From positions 43,639-107,638 of the forward strand of contig JAWLHY010000019.1 in NCBI GenBank assembly GCA_041690135.1: DNA of 64,000 nt, in the 5' to 3' direction. The notes under the pieces were generated by a model that saw only the letters and a program-made list of their open reading frames with translations, searched no databases and was not told the origin of the DNA. The translations under genes were made by a program, and so were the position numbers. Positions 28,385-36,959 of the stretch are shown in pieces. Position 1 is the stretch's first letter, and every line of letters starts with the position of its first letter. Source of the stretch: Armatimonadota bacterium. GTDB lineage: Bacteria; Armatimonadota; SYMT01.

Positions 28385-29155
28385 TCAGTCCCAGTAACCA
28401 GTCGATGGATGAACACCAACCACCCCATCTCCGTCGTAATCGATGTTGGCCATGGGTGGCGCCTTGGCCTGGCTGGCCGGCACCAATGCCGTGTTGGTCA
28501 CTAGCTGATGGCGCATCCATTTCGCGTGGCCGTCCGCGAACCCATAGTTGGCGCCTTCCTTATGGCGGGCCGCCGCAATACGCCCCTGGTTGTTCCCCGC
28601 CCAACCATTCCCGTTCCGCTGCGGGATTTCATTCGGCCGCGCCAGACGCCGCCCATCATGCCGCGCTCCATTGCTTCCGGTGGGGATGATAAACGCCAGA
28701 CACTGATTGAGGTCGTTGTTGCCGTTGGCATCCGCGAATACCGGCGTCTGCGCCGGAAGTGGCACGCTGGCCAAGGCGCGACCGTTCCCACCCAGAATGA
28801 AGTTGTAGGCGTAGCCATGCCGAGCTCGCAGGCTCGGGCACTGTAGGAGTTGAGTGTTCTTAACGTAGGGCTGGATAATCACTTCCCAAACGAAAGCCAC
28901 CCCACCGGACCCGCCATTAGTCGAGTAAGCGAGCGTCGTTTCGTCGTAATCACCCGTGTACATGGCCCAACCCAGCGTCAGTTGCTTGATGTTGTTCATG
29001 CATGAGGTGGTCCGAGCGGACTCGCGGGCCTGGGCGAACACGGGGAACAAGATGGCAGCAAGAATGGCGATGATGGCTATCACCACGAGAAGCTCGATCA
29101 GGGTGAAGCCTTTTCGGCCCCACCGGGCGCCATTGCGGTGACGCAGTGATTTCAT
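28385..29155 (-). CDS. Prepilin-type N-terminal cleavage/methylation protein (DUF1559, H-X9-DG), paralogue
   Basis: [35 protein letters not shown]; [17 protein letters not shown]; ATG 29155 preferred. Confidence 0.92.
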   Translation of the reverse strand: MKSLRHRNGARWGRKGFTLIELLVVIAIIAILAAILFPVFAQARESARTTSCMNNIKQLTLGWAMYTGDYDETTLAYSTNGGSGGVAFVWEVIIQPYVKNTQLLQCPSLRARHGYAYNFILGGNGRALASVPLPAQTPVFADANGNNDLNQCLAFIIPTGSNGARHDGRRLARPNEIPQRNGNGWAGNNQGRIAAARHKEGANYGFADGHAKWMRHQLVTNTALVPASQAKAPPMANIDYDGDGVVGVHPSTGYWD

Positions 29156-29473
29156 AGATGAGACTCCGACAGTAGCGCAGCTCCCAATTGCGGGGGCGGT
29201 GAACGTGGTTGGATGCGGTCGGAATGTGGAATTCACTATTTTATGAATAGCATCCACTCCGAAATGACTGCATAGGCAAAGTTGTCGCCTCGCATCAGGG
29301 ATAGACTGCCACGGATAGGGTCGACCGCCAAAGACAAGAGGTGATTCCGGGCAATTTGCCCATAAAGATTTCAGCTTGCGAAAAATCTGAAATCAATGCC
29401 GACCATGCAGACTCGCAGCGAAGGCAGGCGGCCGGCTCGACGCGCGCCCGTAAAGCACTTCAACGGCGGAGAG

Positions 29474-30484
29474 TCACGCGGAGGTTTCGGAAGGTTCGAA
29501 CTGGGGTTGGAGGAGGATCCGCCCTTCCGTAAAGGCGAGGTAAAGGAGACCCACAATGATCCAGAGCACGTCCCGGCAACGACGCAGAACGGCGAGAGCC
29601 AGGGCATGTGGAGCGGCGACCCCGAGGATGGGGGCGAGATAGACGTAGCCGCCTTCCTGGGTGCCCACGTTGGCGGGGATCAGGAAGGTCGCCATGTTGA
29701 CGCTGACGATCAGCGCCTCGAAAGCAAGTGCCTCCGAGACAGAAAGTGGAAAGCCGAGCACGTAGGCGCCCGCGAGCATTTCGAGAGCCCCTGCCGCCCA
29801 GCCGAGAAAGAAGAGGGCAAAGGACAGGAGCGATTCGCGGGGGTGGGCGTAGAAGTAGTCCGCGACCCGGCCCCACGTTTCCAGGACCCAGGCGCCGGGG
29901 GAGCGGCGTTTTGGCGCAACGGCTTCTTCGAGTCCGGTGGGGGGAGCAGTCCTACGGGTGCGACGGAGGCGAAGGTCGAGAATGGCCGTCACGATGATCG
30001 CCGCCAGGATCGCTCCCGGGAATGCCGCAAACCCGAGAAAGAAGCCCTCCCGGCCCGGCACTTCCCGGATCGCCAGCACGGCGCCGAGGAAGATGAAGCA
30101 GACCTGGCCGAGCGTCATCAGCGTCTTGGAGACCGCGACGGAGGCGAAGGCGTCTTTCACGTTCGCCCCATCCCTGGCCAGCAAGTAGATTTTGAGGGGC
30201 TCTCCGCCCATGGAAGCGAGCGGCGTCACCTTGTTCGCCGCCTCGCCGGCACGTTGGACCCAGAAAAGCCGGGAAAATGGCACCGGCGCGTGGTCTTCGC
30301 CGAAAACGGCCCGCCAGCCCCAGGTGTCGAGGAGGTAGATGACTGACGTCACCGTGAGGTAAAGAAGGAACCCCCACCCCACTTGAGATAAGGACTCCCG
30401 CACAGTGCCGGCATGTTGGCTGAATAGAAACGCCGTGAGGGCGAGACCGCCCACCAGCAGAATGAACCTAACGGCTTTCAGCAT
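29474..30484 (-). CDS. Flippase-like / lysylphosphatidylglycerol synthase TM domain protein (UPF0104/HpnL-like)
   Basis: Multi-TM; AGEAANKVTP.ASMGGEPLK, IPANVGTQEGG, RRCRD motifs. Confidence 0.85.
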   Translation of the reverse strand: MLKAVRFILLVGGLALTAFLFSQHAGTVRESLSQVGWGFLLYLTVTSVIYLLDTWGWRAVFGEDHAPVPFSRLFWVQRAGEAANKVTPLASMGGEPLKIYLLARDGANVKDAFASVAVSKTLMTLGQVCFIFLGAVLAIREVPGREGFFLGFAAFPGAILAAIIVTAILDLRLRRTRRTAPPTGLEEAVAPKRRSPGAWVLETWGRVADYFYAHPRESLLSFALFFLGWAAGALEMLAGAYVLGFPLSVSEALAFEALIVSVNMATFLIPANVGTQEGGYVYLAPILGVAAPHALALAVLRRCRDVLWIIVGLLYLAFTEGRILLQPQFEPSETSA

Positions 30485-31751
30485 TGGCGGTCCGGAACAT
30501 CGAGAGTTGGATGGCCGAGAAGACGATCCAGAAGACGTGTGAGCCGATCCCGGCCAGCCAGGCCAGCCATTCTAGACGGCCGATCAGCACCAGGGCCACC
30601 ACGATCACCGAGAAGTCCCGCGAGGTCGCTTCGTTGATGACTTTCTCCGTGAGCGTATCCCGGGGGGTGGACTTTACCTGGTCCTCGCTGGAAAGGCGAT
30701 TGGTGGCGGCCAGCGCGGACACCGATCCCGGTTGAAAGCGGCTTTGGAGCTTACCCAGGCCAAAAATGACCAGCACGCACATGACGACCCCGGTGGCGGC
30801 CAAAACACCCAGAGTGGTGGCCAGCGGCACTCCCAACTGCGTCGCAGCAGCCCGCGCGGCGGCCGCGAACACGGCCACCGTCACCACGTTATCCGCCCAG
30901 ACGTCGAGCCAGCTCCCGAATTTGCTGAACTGATACTTGAGCCGCGCGATCTCGCCGTCGGAACAATCGAGGGCGACCGAAAGCTGGAAGAGCACCGCGC
31001 CCACGACCGAGAGCGCATAATCACCCTGCCAGAACAGCCAGGCGGCGAGCATCCCCAGGGAGAAGTGAAGGCAGGTCACCTGGTTGGGGGTGATTGGCAA
31101 GTTAATGACCCGCCGAGTGAACCAGCGAGAAATGTGCCGGTTGAACACGCGGTCGATGTAACCGTCCGCCACACAGGCCAGGTCCAGGTACATTCGCCGA
31201 TCCGCGGCATCTACCGCTTCTTGGCTGTCGAGCCGGAGATAGGCCTCAGGAGAAGCGAGCAGTGGGGAGCTACTTCGAATGAGACGGCGCGCGGCGTCTT
31301 CCGGAGCACCTCCGGCGCCGAGCGCGACCTGCACTTCTCGACCGGGAACAACCGCCGGGCCGGCGCATGGATGGCCGGTAGCGTCGAGCGCCACGGCCCC
31401 CGCTGTCTGCCGCTGCGCTTCGAGAAGCCGTTTCAGAGCGTCTTTTGCCGCCATTACCTGGGGAGAGAGCAGCAGCACGCGGTCGTCATCATCGAAGCGA
31501 GGGAGGTCCTCGGGACGGCCAACGACGGTGAGCGGGACATGCAGTTCCTTCTCGCTCTGCGCCCAGTGCGCGGCGGCCTCCGGGCTCCCGGTCACCAGGG
31601 TTACGTGCTGGGCACCCAGGTGCCACGCCTGCAGGATGGCGCGCCGCACCAACGTGAGACCCGCGAGCCGGGTGTCCGGAGGGATAGGAGAGACCGCGCA
31701 CCCCTCTGGACGGAAGGGGGCATCCGTTTCGAAAACGATGGCTCGGATCAC
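30468..31751 (-). CDS. CDP-alcohol phosphatidyltransferase with a degenerate N-terminal NTP-transferase-like domain
   Basis: ITPNQVT; LDCSDGEIARLK...SKFGSWLDVWAD matches D-x2-DG-x2-AR-x8-G-x3-D-x3-D; GTG 31751 overlaps the upstream TGA. Confidence 0.9.
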   Translation of the reverse strand: MIRAIVFETDAPFRPEGCAVSPIPPDTRLAGLTLVRRAILQAWHLGAQHVTLVTGSPEAAAHWAQSEKELHVPLTVVGRPEDLPRFDDDDRVLLLSPQVMAAKDALKRLLEAQRQTAGAVALDATGHPCAGPAVVPGREVQVALGAGGAPEDAARRLIRSSSPLLASPEAYLRLDSQEAVDAADRRMYLDLACVADGYIDRVFNRHISRWFTRRVINLPITPNQVTCLHFSLGMLAAWLFWQGDYALSVVGAVLFQLSVALDCSDGEIARLKYQFSKFGSWLDVWADNVVTVAVFAAAARAAATQLGVPLATTLGVLAATGVVMCVLVIFGLGKLQSRFQPGSVSALAATNRLSSEDQVKSTPRDTLTEKVINEATSRDFSVIVVALVLIGRLEWLAWLAGIGSHVFWIVFSAIQLSMFRTANAESR

Positions 31752-32455
31752 AGTTCCTTCAGCAACTCTCGCGCTCGTTCCACGTCTTCGGGAAAGTCGA
31801 TCTCCAACCAGGGGAGGTCGTCCACCAGCTCGTAACCGATGTGGCACTCCCGCATCAACGCCGGATAGACCTCTTCGTGTTCGATGCCGTCCCGTCCCTG
31901 CTCCAATGTGCGGCCCAGGAGCTCACGCAGGGTGGAGGCCGCCTCGGCATTGAGTTTCAAGAAGCCGACCGATTCGCCGGTGGTATCGTAACCGGGCTGG
32001 GCGCCGCGGGCGATATCGAGTACCCGGCCGTCGCGTGCCATCAGCATCTGTGCTTCCCCGTCATCGGCCGCCCTCGTGTCCATCAGAAAGCAGTTGGGAT
32101 GCGGCGACCGGACCAGGCGCTCCAGCATTCGCACCGGAAACAACACATCGGCATCCATGATGAGAACGTCGGCATCCAGGGCCTCCCGCGCGCACCAGAG
32201 GGAGAGAATCGCCCCCTTCCGGTACTCCGGATTGTAGACGGTCTTTACTCCCGCTCGGCCCGCCACGGCCCGTTCGATCTGGTCTGCCAGGTGTCCGACC
32301 ACGATCGTGACGTCGTGTACGCCGACTTCATGGAGCGCGTCCAGCATGCGGTCGAGCAGGGAGCGTCCGTCCAGATCCAACAGGCACTTGGGATGTTCGA
32401 CGACGGCGCCGCTGAGTCGCCTGCCTCTCCCAGCGGCCAGGATAACGGCCTTCAT
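31748..32455 (-). CDS. LicC/PntC-like phosphocholine/phosphonate cytidylyltransferase
   Basis: MKAVILAAGRGRRL, PKCLL, YNPEY, MDADVL, GESVGF, WLEIDFPED. Confidence 0.88.
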   Translation of the reverse strand: MKAVILAAGRGRRLSGAVVEHPKCLLDLDGRSLLDRMLDALHEVGVHDVTIVVGHLADQIERAVAGRAGVKTVYNPEYRKGAILSLWCAREALDADVLIMDADVLFPVRMLERLVRSPHPNCFLMDTRAADDGEAQMLMARDGRVLDIARGAQPGYDTTGESVGFLKLNAEAASTLRELLGRTLEQGRDGIEHEEVYPALMRECHIGYELVDDLPWLEIDFPEDVERARELLKEL

Positions 32456-32456
32456 G

Positions 32457-33419
32457 TTAGAAATCGTCCCACCGGCCTAATACGTCGCCCGGCTCCTGTC
32501 CCCGTTCGTTCAGGTAGGTGCGGTACTTCTGGAGAGTATCGTACACGTCGCAGGTGATCAGCAGATTACTTGACCGCCCGGGGGCCGCGGACCAGAGCCC
32601 ATCCGGGTTCCGGTTGGCCAGGAGCCACTGTACTCCCTGGGTGAACTTTTCTTCGTAACGGTGGTCGTTCATGACCAGACAGGCCAGGATCAGGGCGCGT
32701 GTCGAGTCGCAGGTATGGTCCACATCCCCACCGTCCCAGGATCCGTCCTGGTCCATCGCATTCGCCATCAGGTCGAGGCCCTTCCGGGCGGCCTCCGAGT
32801 CTCCCTGGTAGACCACGATCTTGGGGAGGATGTGGGCCGTCCAGGCAACCGGGGAAAGACGTTGCTCCTGCTTGAAGCGCGGGTCGTACCAACCGCCATC
32901 CTCTGCCTGCATGCCGCAAGCGAAAGCGATGCCGCGCTCCACTGCCGATCGCACCCGGTCGGACTCGATCCCGTCGTGGCCGGCCAGCATCAGGGCACCG
33001 AGAGAGATGCTCGTAGAGTCGCTGCGTCCCCACAGCACGTCCAGCCAGCCACCACCCGGCTCCTGCTGCGCCAGGAGATAGTTGACGGCCTTCTGTACCG
33101 CTGCGGTGATCGCCGGGTCCTGGAGTTGCCGGTTGAGCGTGACGAGATTGCGCGTGCAGAACGCGGCCTCGCGGATGCCGCTCTTCTCATCGTTCGAGAA
33201 CTCGCCCCAGCCGCCGTCCTCATGCTGGATCCGGACGAGCCGCTCGCAGGCGTCTCGGGCCATCTCCGCCGCCTTCTCCTGGGCAAGTACGCGCAACACG
33301 TGGTTCGTGGTGTCGAGTGACAGCCGGTCCGCCGCCAGGTCCCATTCCGGTCGCCGCTGCTCCAGGACGGCCAGTCCCTCATGCATAAGATCGTCGATCT
33401 GTCCCACCGTAATCGGCAC
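32457..33419 (-). CDS. Prenyltransferase/squalene-cyclase repeat (QW-motif alpha/alpha barrel) protein
   Basis: Five QW-like motifs: QHEDGGW, QEPGGGW, QAEDGGW, MDQDGSW, RNPDGLW. Confidence 0.82.
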   Translation of the reverse strand: MPITVGQIDDLMHEGLAVLEQRRPEWDLAADRLSLDTTNHVLRVLAQEKAAEMARDACERLVRIQHEDGGWGEFSNDEKSGIREAAFCTRNLVTLNRQLQDPAITAAVQKAVNYLLAQQEPGGGWLDVLWGRSDSTSISLGALMLAGHDGIESDRVRSAVERGIAFACGMQAEDGGWYDPRFKQEQRLSPVAWTAHILPKIVVYQGDSEAARKGLDLMANAMDQDGSWDGGDVDHTCDSTRALILACLVMNDHRYEEKFTQGVQWLLANRNPDGLWSAAPGRSSNLLITCDVYDTLQKYRTYLNERGQEPGDVLGRWDDF

Positions 33420-33422
33420 GGT

Positions 33423-34694
33423 CTAACTCCTTGTCGCGGGCTCGTCCCGCAGGTTCTTGCGTAACTCTTCGTGGATCGAACTGTTGGTGGCCAGCAGCGA
33501 TTGGCCGTTTTCCCGGAGTGGGTACCCCTCAAAGTCCGTGAGCCGGCCCCCGGCCTGCTCGAGCACGAGCGCACCCGCGGCAAAATCCCATTTGCGCGTG
33601 GTATTCCGAACGAAGGCGTCGATGCGCCCGCAGGCCGTGTAGCAGAGCAGGCTGGCCGTCGATCCCATCACCTTCACGCGCCCCTCGCATTCTCGGGCGA
33701 CGCGCTTGAAGATTGCCAGGCCCTCTTCAAGCCGCTGGTGGCGATCGAAATAGCAGTTGACCATCGCCTCGCGCACCGAAAGTACTTCCGACACGTGAAT
33801 TTCCTCGCCGTTGAGCGTGGCGGGTTCTCCCTTCGCGGCCGCGAACAGTTCATCCAGGACGGGCAAGTATACCACGCCGATGGCCGGCTCGCCTTCCACC
33901 CACAGGGCGATGGAAACGGCGAAATAGGGCAGCCCGCGGGAGAAGTTGGTCGTCCCGTCCAGGGGGTCCACGATCCACTGACGCGGGGAGTTGTGTCCCG
34001 ACTCCCCCGCCTCTTCAGACAGGATGTAGTCCTCGGGGTAGACCTCGCGCAGCCGTGAGAGGATCTCCGCTTCCGCGGCCGGATCCGCATCCGTCAGCAG
34101 CGACCGGTCGCTCTTCTCCCGGACACTGAAGGAAGAACCACGGTACTCCAACAGGATCTCCCCCGCCGCCCGCGCCGCGGCAATCGCCGTGTCCAGCTCC
34201 GCTGCGAACCTGGGAGCCACAGATTTCACAGATTGGGAAGGATTAGAAGGGGACGGGAGCGGTGGAGGGCCAGTGCGGCGGAGTTTGGGCGCTTCCCAGC
34301 CAGGATTGTGTTTGTACCGCTGTTGTTGCAATGAGGCGGTTCCGAAGTTGAGGAGCAGCCCGATTTCGCAACCTGTCGCTTTCAGGTAGTTCAGGATCTG
34401 GGCCTTCTCGGTGCCGGAGAGATGTTCCTGCGCCTTGAGCTCTACCAGGACGGTCCCGAAGCAGATCAGGTCGGCACGGTACTTCTTCTTCAGGCGCCGC
34501 CCCTTGTAGTGCAGTGCCAACGGCACTTCGTGCTGCACGGGAATACCTCGGCGCCGGAGTTCTATCAGGAGGGCTTCAAGATACACGGCTTCGAGAAATC
34601 CCGGTCCTAGCTGCCGATGCACCTCCATCGCAGCCCCGATGATGGCGTAAGTCCGTGGATCGTCCTTCTCCGAGTTGCTTTGCTGGGTTCTCAA
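33423..34694 (-). CDS. GxxExxY (PD-(D/E)XK-like) domain fused to an inositol monophosphatase family domain
   Basis: N: IIGAAMEVHRQLGPGFLEAVY, YRADLIC, VELKA, QILNYLK, GLLLNFG. C: SEEAG, WIVDPLDGTTNF, WDFAAG. No stop between them. Confidence 0.9.
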   Translation of the reverse strand: MRTQQSNSEKDDPRTYAIIGAAMEVHRQLGPGFLEAVYLEALLIELRRRGIPVQHEVPLALHYKGRRLKKKYRADLICFGTVLVELKAQEHLSGTEKAQILNYLKATGCEIGLLLNFGTASLQQQRYKHNPGWEAPKLRRTGPPPLPSPSNPSQSVKSVAPRFAAELDTAIAAARAAGEILLEYRGSSFSVREKSDRSLLTDADPAAEAEILSRLREVYPEDYILSEEAGESGHNSPRQWIVDPLDGTTNFSRGLPYFAVSIALWVEGEPAIGVVYLPVLDELFAAAKGEPATLNGEEIHVSEVLSVREAMVNCYFDRHQRLEEGLAIFKRVARECEGRVKVMGSTASLLCYTACGRIDAFVRNTTRKWDFAAGALVLEQAGGRLTDFEGYPLRENGQSLLATNSSIHEELRKNLRDEPATRS

Positions 34695-34737
34695 CTCCCT
34701 CTCCTTCCTTCCAAATCTGTGAAATCTGTGGCTCCCA
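34211..34737. mobile_element. GxxExxY cassette bounded by 32-bp inverted repeats
   Basis: 34211-34242 tgggagccacagatttcacagattgggaagga versus 34706-34737 tccttccaaatctgtgaaatctgtggctccca: 31/32 complementary, built from a CACAGATTT unit. Confidence 0.75.
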
Positions 34738-34744
34738 CCTACTC

Positions 34745-35800
34745 TCAGTCTTGTAGAAGAAGGTCTAAGGCGGTGGAGCGGATATGGGAGTAGCGGTTGG
34801 GGTGGAGGTAGGGCGCGGGGCTGCTGCCGTAGAGGCGGTAGAGCATGGTGAGGGCGGCGTAGCGGCGGAAGCGGAGGGACCAGCGGGTATCCAGGGCGGG
34901 GGCGGTTTCGCGGTAGCCGGCTTCGATGGCGGACGCGGCCGCCTGGGCGGAAGGACGGAGGTTCGGGTCGTTCTCTCCCATCAACAGGTAGTGGCCGGCC
35001 AGGAAGCCGGGATCGTAGGCAGGGTCGGAGACGGCAGCGCCCAACTCGAAATCGAGCAGGAATACCTCCCCCTCCGGTCCGACGCGCACGTTCTTCGGCG
35101 CCGCATCCAGGTGGGAGATCATCCCCTCCCGCTCCGCGGCGCGCGCCTCGTCATAGAGGGAATGGGTCACCTGTTCCGCATCGGCCGGAAGCTCGGCACG
35201 CTGGAGAACCCCGGTTGTCCGCATGCGCAAGAAGCGGAGCCAGTTGGCGTGGTCCTGTTCGCGGGTTGGCCAGAGTGTTTCTTCCCCCAGGCGCACGGTA
35301 TGCACGATGCCGAACAAGCCGGCCAGACGGTAGGCCGCCTGGGGATCGCACTGGTTCTTCTGGAGTGCCGATTGGAGGGAGGTGGTGCGTTCCCCGATCC
35401 GCAGCGTCCAGAGGATGTTGTTCCGTTCGTCATAATGGACGACCTGGGGAACCTTATGACGCACGGGCTCCGGCAGGGCGGTACGGAGCGTCCGAAGTGC
35501 CCGGGCCTCGACCTGGATCCGGGCTGGGGACACATCGGAGAGGTCCTTGCCCAGGCGCTCATGTTCTTTGACCCGCGAGAGCGCTTGTTTGAGAAACACG
35601 GATCCGGCAGGTACGTCTACCCGATAGACGTAGTTCATGACGCCCACGTCGAGATAGGTGATTTCAGCCTCGTCCCACTCTCTCGGTAGTCCCGAATGGA
35701 TTGCAACCCTTGTCTCGCGCAAATAGTTGCGGACTGCCTCCGGTCCCTCCGCCAGCGAGTGAACGGGAACCCAGTCTGGACGGTCTATCCCGGCGTGCAT
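34745..35800 (-). CDS. APH/choline kinase-fold phosphotransferase (methylthioribose-kinase-like)
   Basis: GVMNYVYRV, FLKQAL, HLDAAPKNV, LLDFE, DPAYD. Confidence 0.82.
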   Translation of the reverse strand: MHAGIDRPDWVPVHSLAEGPEAVRNYLRETRVAIHSGLPREWDEAEITYLDVGVMNYVYRVDVPAGSVFLKQALSRVKEHERLGKDLSDVSPARIQVEARALRTLRTALPEPVRHKVPQVVHYDERNNILWTLRIGERTTSLQSALQKNQCDPQAAYRLAGLFGIVHTVRLGEETLWPTREQDHANWLRFLRMRTTGVLQRAELPADAEQVTHSLYDEARAAEREGMISHLDAAPKNVRVGPEGEVFLLDFELGAAVSDPAYDPGFLAGHYLLMGENDPNLRPSAQAAASAIEAGYRETAPALDTRWSLRFRRYAALTMLYRLYGSSPAPYLHPNRYSHIRSTALDLLLQD

Positions 35801-35813
35801 CGTGGGGTCCGCC

Positions 35814-36959
35814 TCAGGCGATCATCTGCAGAACTTCGCGCAGGCCTGCAGCATCCAGGTCCCGGAGGTTGTGGCCGGCACGGTCCGGCGTGTAGCCGTC
35901 GCGCACGCACAACTCGATGCCCTCGGCATCGATACCCAGCTCCGACAGGGACGTTTTTAGCCCGACGCGCTGCAGGAGAACCTGGATCCGCCGGGCGCCG
36001 CTATCGATGCTGTTGCCGCCCGTGGCTCGAGCCAGGGCGGTCATCCTCTCCAGCGAGGCTTCCGCGTTGAAGCGCAACAGTGCCGGCAGGGTAATGCTAC
36101 TCGCCTGTCCGTGGACCACGCCGAAATGCAGGGTCATCGGGTAGGATAGCGAGTGCGCGGCGGCCGTTTTCGTGTTGCTGAATGCGAGGCCGGCGAGCAG
36201 CTGGGCGAAAAGCATCCGGTTGCGATGCCCCAGGTTGTCCGGATGGTTCACCGCGAGCGGGAGCGCCTCGAAGATGCGCCGCACCGCTTCCAGAGCGTAG
36301 GTGTCCGAAATCGGGTTGGCGTTCTTATTCCAGTAGGCTTCCATCGCGTGCGAAAGCGCGTCCATGCCCGTGGTGGCGGTGAAGGCCGTCGGAAGCGTTA
36401 ATGTGAGGCGAGCATCGAGCACGGCATGGGTCGGGTACATTCCCATGCCCTCCATCGAGAACTTCTTCTTCGTTTCCAGGTTCCAGAGGGTGGCCCAGCG
36501 GGTAACCTCACTGCCGGTCCCGGCGGTGGTGGGCACCATCACGGTGGGGAGACTGGGGGTCGAGGTGGAACGCTGCTTATCCAGGATCGGCAGCACTTCC
36601 CCGCCGTTGGGCAGGGTGGCGGCAACCACCTTGGCGGTATCGAGTGCGCTGCCGCCGCCGATCCCCAGGATGATCTCAGCACCATGCTCGCGCGCGAAAT
36701 CCACCGCTTCCTGTGCCTGCGTCACCTCCGGGTTGGGCCGGACCCCGTCGTAAACGGAAAGCTCGCGGTCACCCACCAGGCTCGCGACCTGATCCCGGAT
36801 CCCCAACTCCTGCAAGATGGCCCCGTCGGTGACGAGGGTAACCCGCCGCCCCGGAAGCTCGGCGAGGATTTCCGGAAGCTTCTCCAGGCTGCCGGGACCA
36901 AAGGTGACCTTGACGGGATTCCAGAAACGCGTGGCGAGGTTTTCAGGAGAGATGCTCAT
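35814..36959 (-). CDS. Fe-containing alcohol dehydrogenase, probable phosphonoacetaldehyde reductase
   Basis: GGGSALDTAK, PTTAGTGSEVTRWATLW, DALSHAMEAYW, AFSNTKTAAAHSLSYPMT, HG; phosphonate context. Confidence 0.85.
   Translation of the reverse strand: MSISPENLATRFWNPVKVTFGPGSLEKLPEILAELPGRRVTLVTDGAILQELGIRDQVASLVGDRELSVYDGVRPNPEVTQAQEAVDFAREHGAEIILGIGGGSALDTAKVVAATLPNGGEVLPILDKQRSTSTPSLPTVMVPTTAGTGSEVTRWATLWNLETKKKFSMEGMGMYPTHAVLDARLTLTLPTAFTATTGMDALSHAMEAYWNKNANPISDTYALEAVRRIFEALPLAVNHPDNLGHRNRMLFAQLLAGLAFSNTKTAAAHSLSYPMTLHFGVVHGQASSITLPALLRFNAEASLERMTALARATGGNSIDSGARRIQVLLQRVGLKTSLSELGIDAEGIELCVRDGYTPDRAGHNLRDLDAAGLREVLQMIA

Noticed and set aside
29215-29345. Possible c-di-GMP or other riboswitch upstream of the prepilin genes
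   Set aside because: A hairpin (gtgga..ctatt-ttatg-aatag..tccac) and a GGCAAA are present, but the consensus elements could not be matched on the coding strand.
32457-33419. Bona fide squalene-hopene cyclase (shc)
   Set aside because: About half the expected length and lacks an intact DxDD motif.
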